In this document: positions 62,082-64,000 of the stretch, in pieces
How positions within the stretch are numbered: the stretch's first letter is position 1
Layout of the letters: each line of letters begins with the position of its first letter
Program-made: the position numbers and the translations under genes
IMG/VR virus record: IMGVR_UViG_3300036770_004732
Coordinates: 47,302-111,301 of that record
DNA from: a virus
DNA: 64,000 bases
Direction: 5' to 3' (one strand)
The notes under the pieces: generated by a model
The model's database searches: none
What the model was told of the DNA's origin: nothing
The model's input: the letters and a program-made list of their open reading frames with translations, nothing else

Positions 62082-62100
62082 GAGTGTTGTTATAATTGAA

Positions 62101-63741
62101 TCAATCGTTATCCCAAGTTCCTCTACTCATGGCATCTCTATCTCTTCCTCTTTGTTCATCAGCATCTCTTTCTCTTTGTGCCTGTTTTTTATCATGTAAC
62201 ATTTGAGAATATTTACCTGTAGAACTTAAAGTTTTTTGTCCTCTTTTTTTCTTGGTTTTTCTGGTAAAAGGATGCATATGTCCAATTGTACCTCTTTCAA
62301 TTCTTGCTGTTCTCTTTTCATCATCTGTTTTGTCATCATCAATTTTTGCTTCAGTTACATAATACTTAATGATGTCATCCCATGTATACTCTGAAAGATC
62401 ATATCCTTCCTCTACAAGACCATCTACCCACTCAGAAACTTCGTTTACAAGTAAACAATACTCATAATCCTCAACAATAGATCCAATAGTTTCAACATCC
62501 ATCTCCATCATTACATAATGTGCCTCAGTAAGACTTTCAACTTGTTCAGTACCAATTAAATACTCAAGAACAATGTCATATGCTTCCTTAGTAGTGCTTG
62601 CAGTTTCTGCTGCCTTTTTCTTTAATCTTTCTTGCTCTTTTTTAAGATCGGCTTCAACTGCTTTAGTATCAATCTTTGCTTCTGGTTTTCCAATAGTTGG
62701 AGTTTGATCCTGCTTTTCATTAGGTCCTGGTTTGTCCCTCTTTGCGGATATTTCTTCATATCCAGATTGTCCAGGTTTTACTTTGGCGGCAAGGGTTGGA
62801 TGAAGTCTTGCCCACTTTTGCATAGGAGTTTCACCTTTTGGACCTTCTTCAGGTTTTTTAGGTGCTGGTGCTGATGGTTTTTTAGATGCTGGTGTTGAAG
62901 TACCGCCAGAACCTGTAGAAGGTCTTACTGGATCTCTCATCACAGTTCCTCCTCCACCTCCTGATCCTCCAGATGGAGTTTCTTGTGATGGTGATGAAGC
63001 TTCTGGTCTTCCACCACCTTGTATTCCACCTTTATCACCTGAACCCATTTTGGCACCCATATAACCACCAAGAACGCCAAGACCACCTGCAAGTGCCATT
63101 TTAGCACCACTCTTTAGTCCTTGAATTGCTCTTGCAGTTCTTGCTTGCTTGAGTAATTCTGTCGATTGTTTTGGTGTTAATGCTCCTTGAGGAACTGTTA
63201 TACCCGCTTTTGTTGCTTTATTCTTAGCAATTTTCTCTACCGCTGCTGTAGTTCTTGAGGGATCTGTGCTTTTGACAAACTGCTTTCCAACTCTTCTTTC
63301 AACACCCGCTTCCGCTGCTTTAGTTACACCTTTTTTAACTGCACCTTTAGTTGCTTTTGCACCTGCTTTAATTCCACTAGCAGCAGCTTTAACACCTCTA
63401 CCTAAAAGTTTGATTAATCCAGCAACTTCAAGAAGTTCAAGTTGCTCTTCAACAAAATCATTATGAATAGTCTCCTCAGAAATAAAAGTTACATCAGTCG
63501 TTAAATATTTTTCTAAAATATCTTCTTCGTTAGAATTTGCTAAAAACTTAATAAAAGTTTCTGCAGTGTATCCCTCAGAAAACATTGTCAATGCTAAAGA
63601 AAGAACAATATCTTCCGCCAATTCTGCAGTTTCTTCTTCATAATACTCAGATTCTTCATTTAAAAAATCTTGATCCTTTATGTGTATATTCTCATATAAA
63701 GAACCAAGATCGTTAATGAAGTCTTGCGAAATTTTAGACAT
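62101..63741 (-). CDS. large late protein, probable virion/internal protein
   Basis: Alternating acidic and basic low-complexity blocks; TATAAATA at 63772-63779. Confidence 0.7.
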   Translation of the reverse strand: MSKISQDFINDLGSLYENIHIKDQDFLNEESEYYEEETAELAEDIVLSLALTMFSEGYTAETFIKFLANSNEEDILEKYLTTDVTFISEETIHNDFVEEQLELLEVAGLIKLLGRGVKAAASGIKAGAKATKGAVKKGVTKAAEAGVERRVGKQFVKSTDPSRTTAAVEKIAKNKATKAGITVPQGALTPKQSTELLKQARTARAIQGLKSGAKMALAGGLGVLGGYMGAKMGSGDKGGIQGGGRPEASSPSQETPSGGSGGGGGTVMRDPVRPSTGSGGTSTPASKKPSAPAPKKPEEGPKGETPMQKWARLHPTLAAKVKPGQSGYEEISAKRDKPGPNEKQDQTPTIGKPEAKIDTKAVEADLKKEQERLKKKAAETASTTKEAYDIVLEYLIGTEQVESLTEAHYVMMEMDVETIGSIVEDYEYCLLVNEVSEWVDGLVEEGYDLSEYTWDDIIKYYVTEAKIDDDKTDDEKRTARIERGTIGHMHPFTRKTKKKRGQKTLSSTGKYSQMLHDKKQAQRERDADEQRGRDRDAMSRGTWDND

Positions 63742-63783
63742 GGTTATAGATTTAATACCTTTTTATAAAGGTATTTATAAAAA

Positions 63784-64000
63784 TCACTTACCAGGAAGTG
63801 CCTTTACTCCAAGTGCTTTATTGCGAGCAACGTCAGACTGTCTTGCTTTTTGAAGTGCTTGTTGAGCCTTAGCAGCGTCAGATTTCTTATATGCACCAGC
63901 AAATAAAGATCTTCCAATTCTTTCTAATGGATTAGAAGAAGTCTTAGCAAGTGATTGAGCACTTGGTCCTGCTTTATAAACAGCTTTACCACCTTTATAT
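63784..64000 (-). CDS. 3' end of an Ala/Lys-rich protein (runs off window end)
   Basis: ...YKAGPSAQSLAKTSSNPLERIGRSLFAGAYKK...LGVKALPGK-stop. Confidence 0.65.
   Translation of the reverse strand, partial: YKGGKAVYKAGPSAQSLAKTSSNPLERIGRSLFAGAYKKSDAAKAQQALQKARQSDVARNKALGVKALPGK

Overview
AT-rich segment of a large T4-like cyanophage (cyanomyovirus), nearly all genes on the minus strand. (1) 1-3 kb: thyX, small conserved ORFs, a nitrogen-control module (NtcA box, tandem glutamine riboswitch, DUF4278 peptide) and glutaredoxin. (2) 3-29 kb: a virion-surface/modification island with three paralogous Pro-rich kelch-like beta-propeller genes interleaved with glycosyltransferases, two 2OG-Fe(II) oxygenases and a sulfotransferase, plus duplicated structural genes and a 2312-aa Gly-X-Gln collagen-like fibre. 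(3) 31.6-35.2 kb: psbA split into four exons by three group I introns (one with a LAGLIDADG ORF, one with an HNH ORF, one ORF-less), followed by a free-standing Endo VII-type nuclease. (4) Lysis genes and two hli genes. (5) 38-53 kb: a glycan cluster (gmd, fcl/colC, colD-like, GT6, GT10, GT11s, GT25s, GT34, GT47, FkbM methyltransferases) preceded by wcaG/manA-like RNAs. (6) 53-60 kb: eight tRNAs, including tRNA-Arg(UCU) interrupted by a 202-nt group I intron next to a free-standing HNH gene, several unexplained structured RNAs, dps and a host-like porin. All calls come from reading the sequence by eye; no database searches were run.
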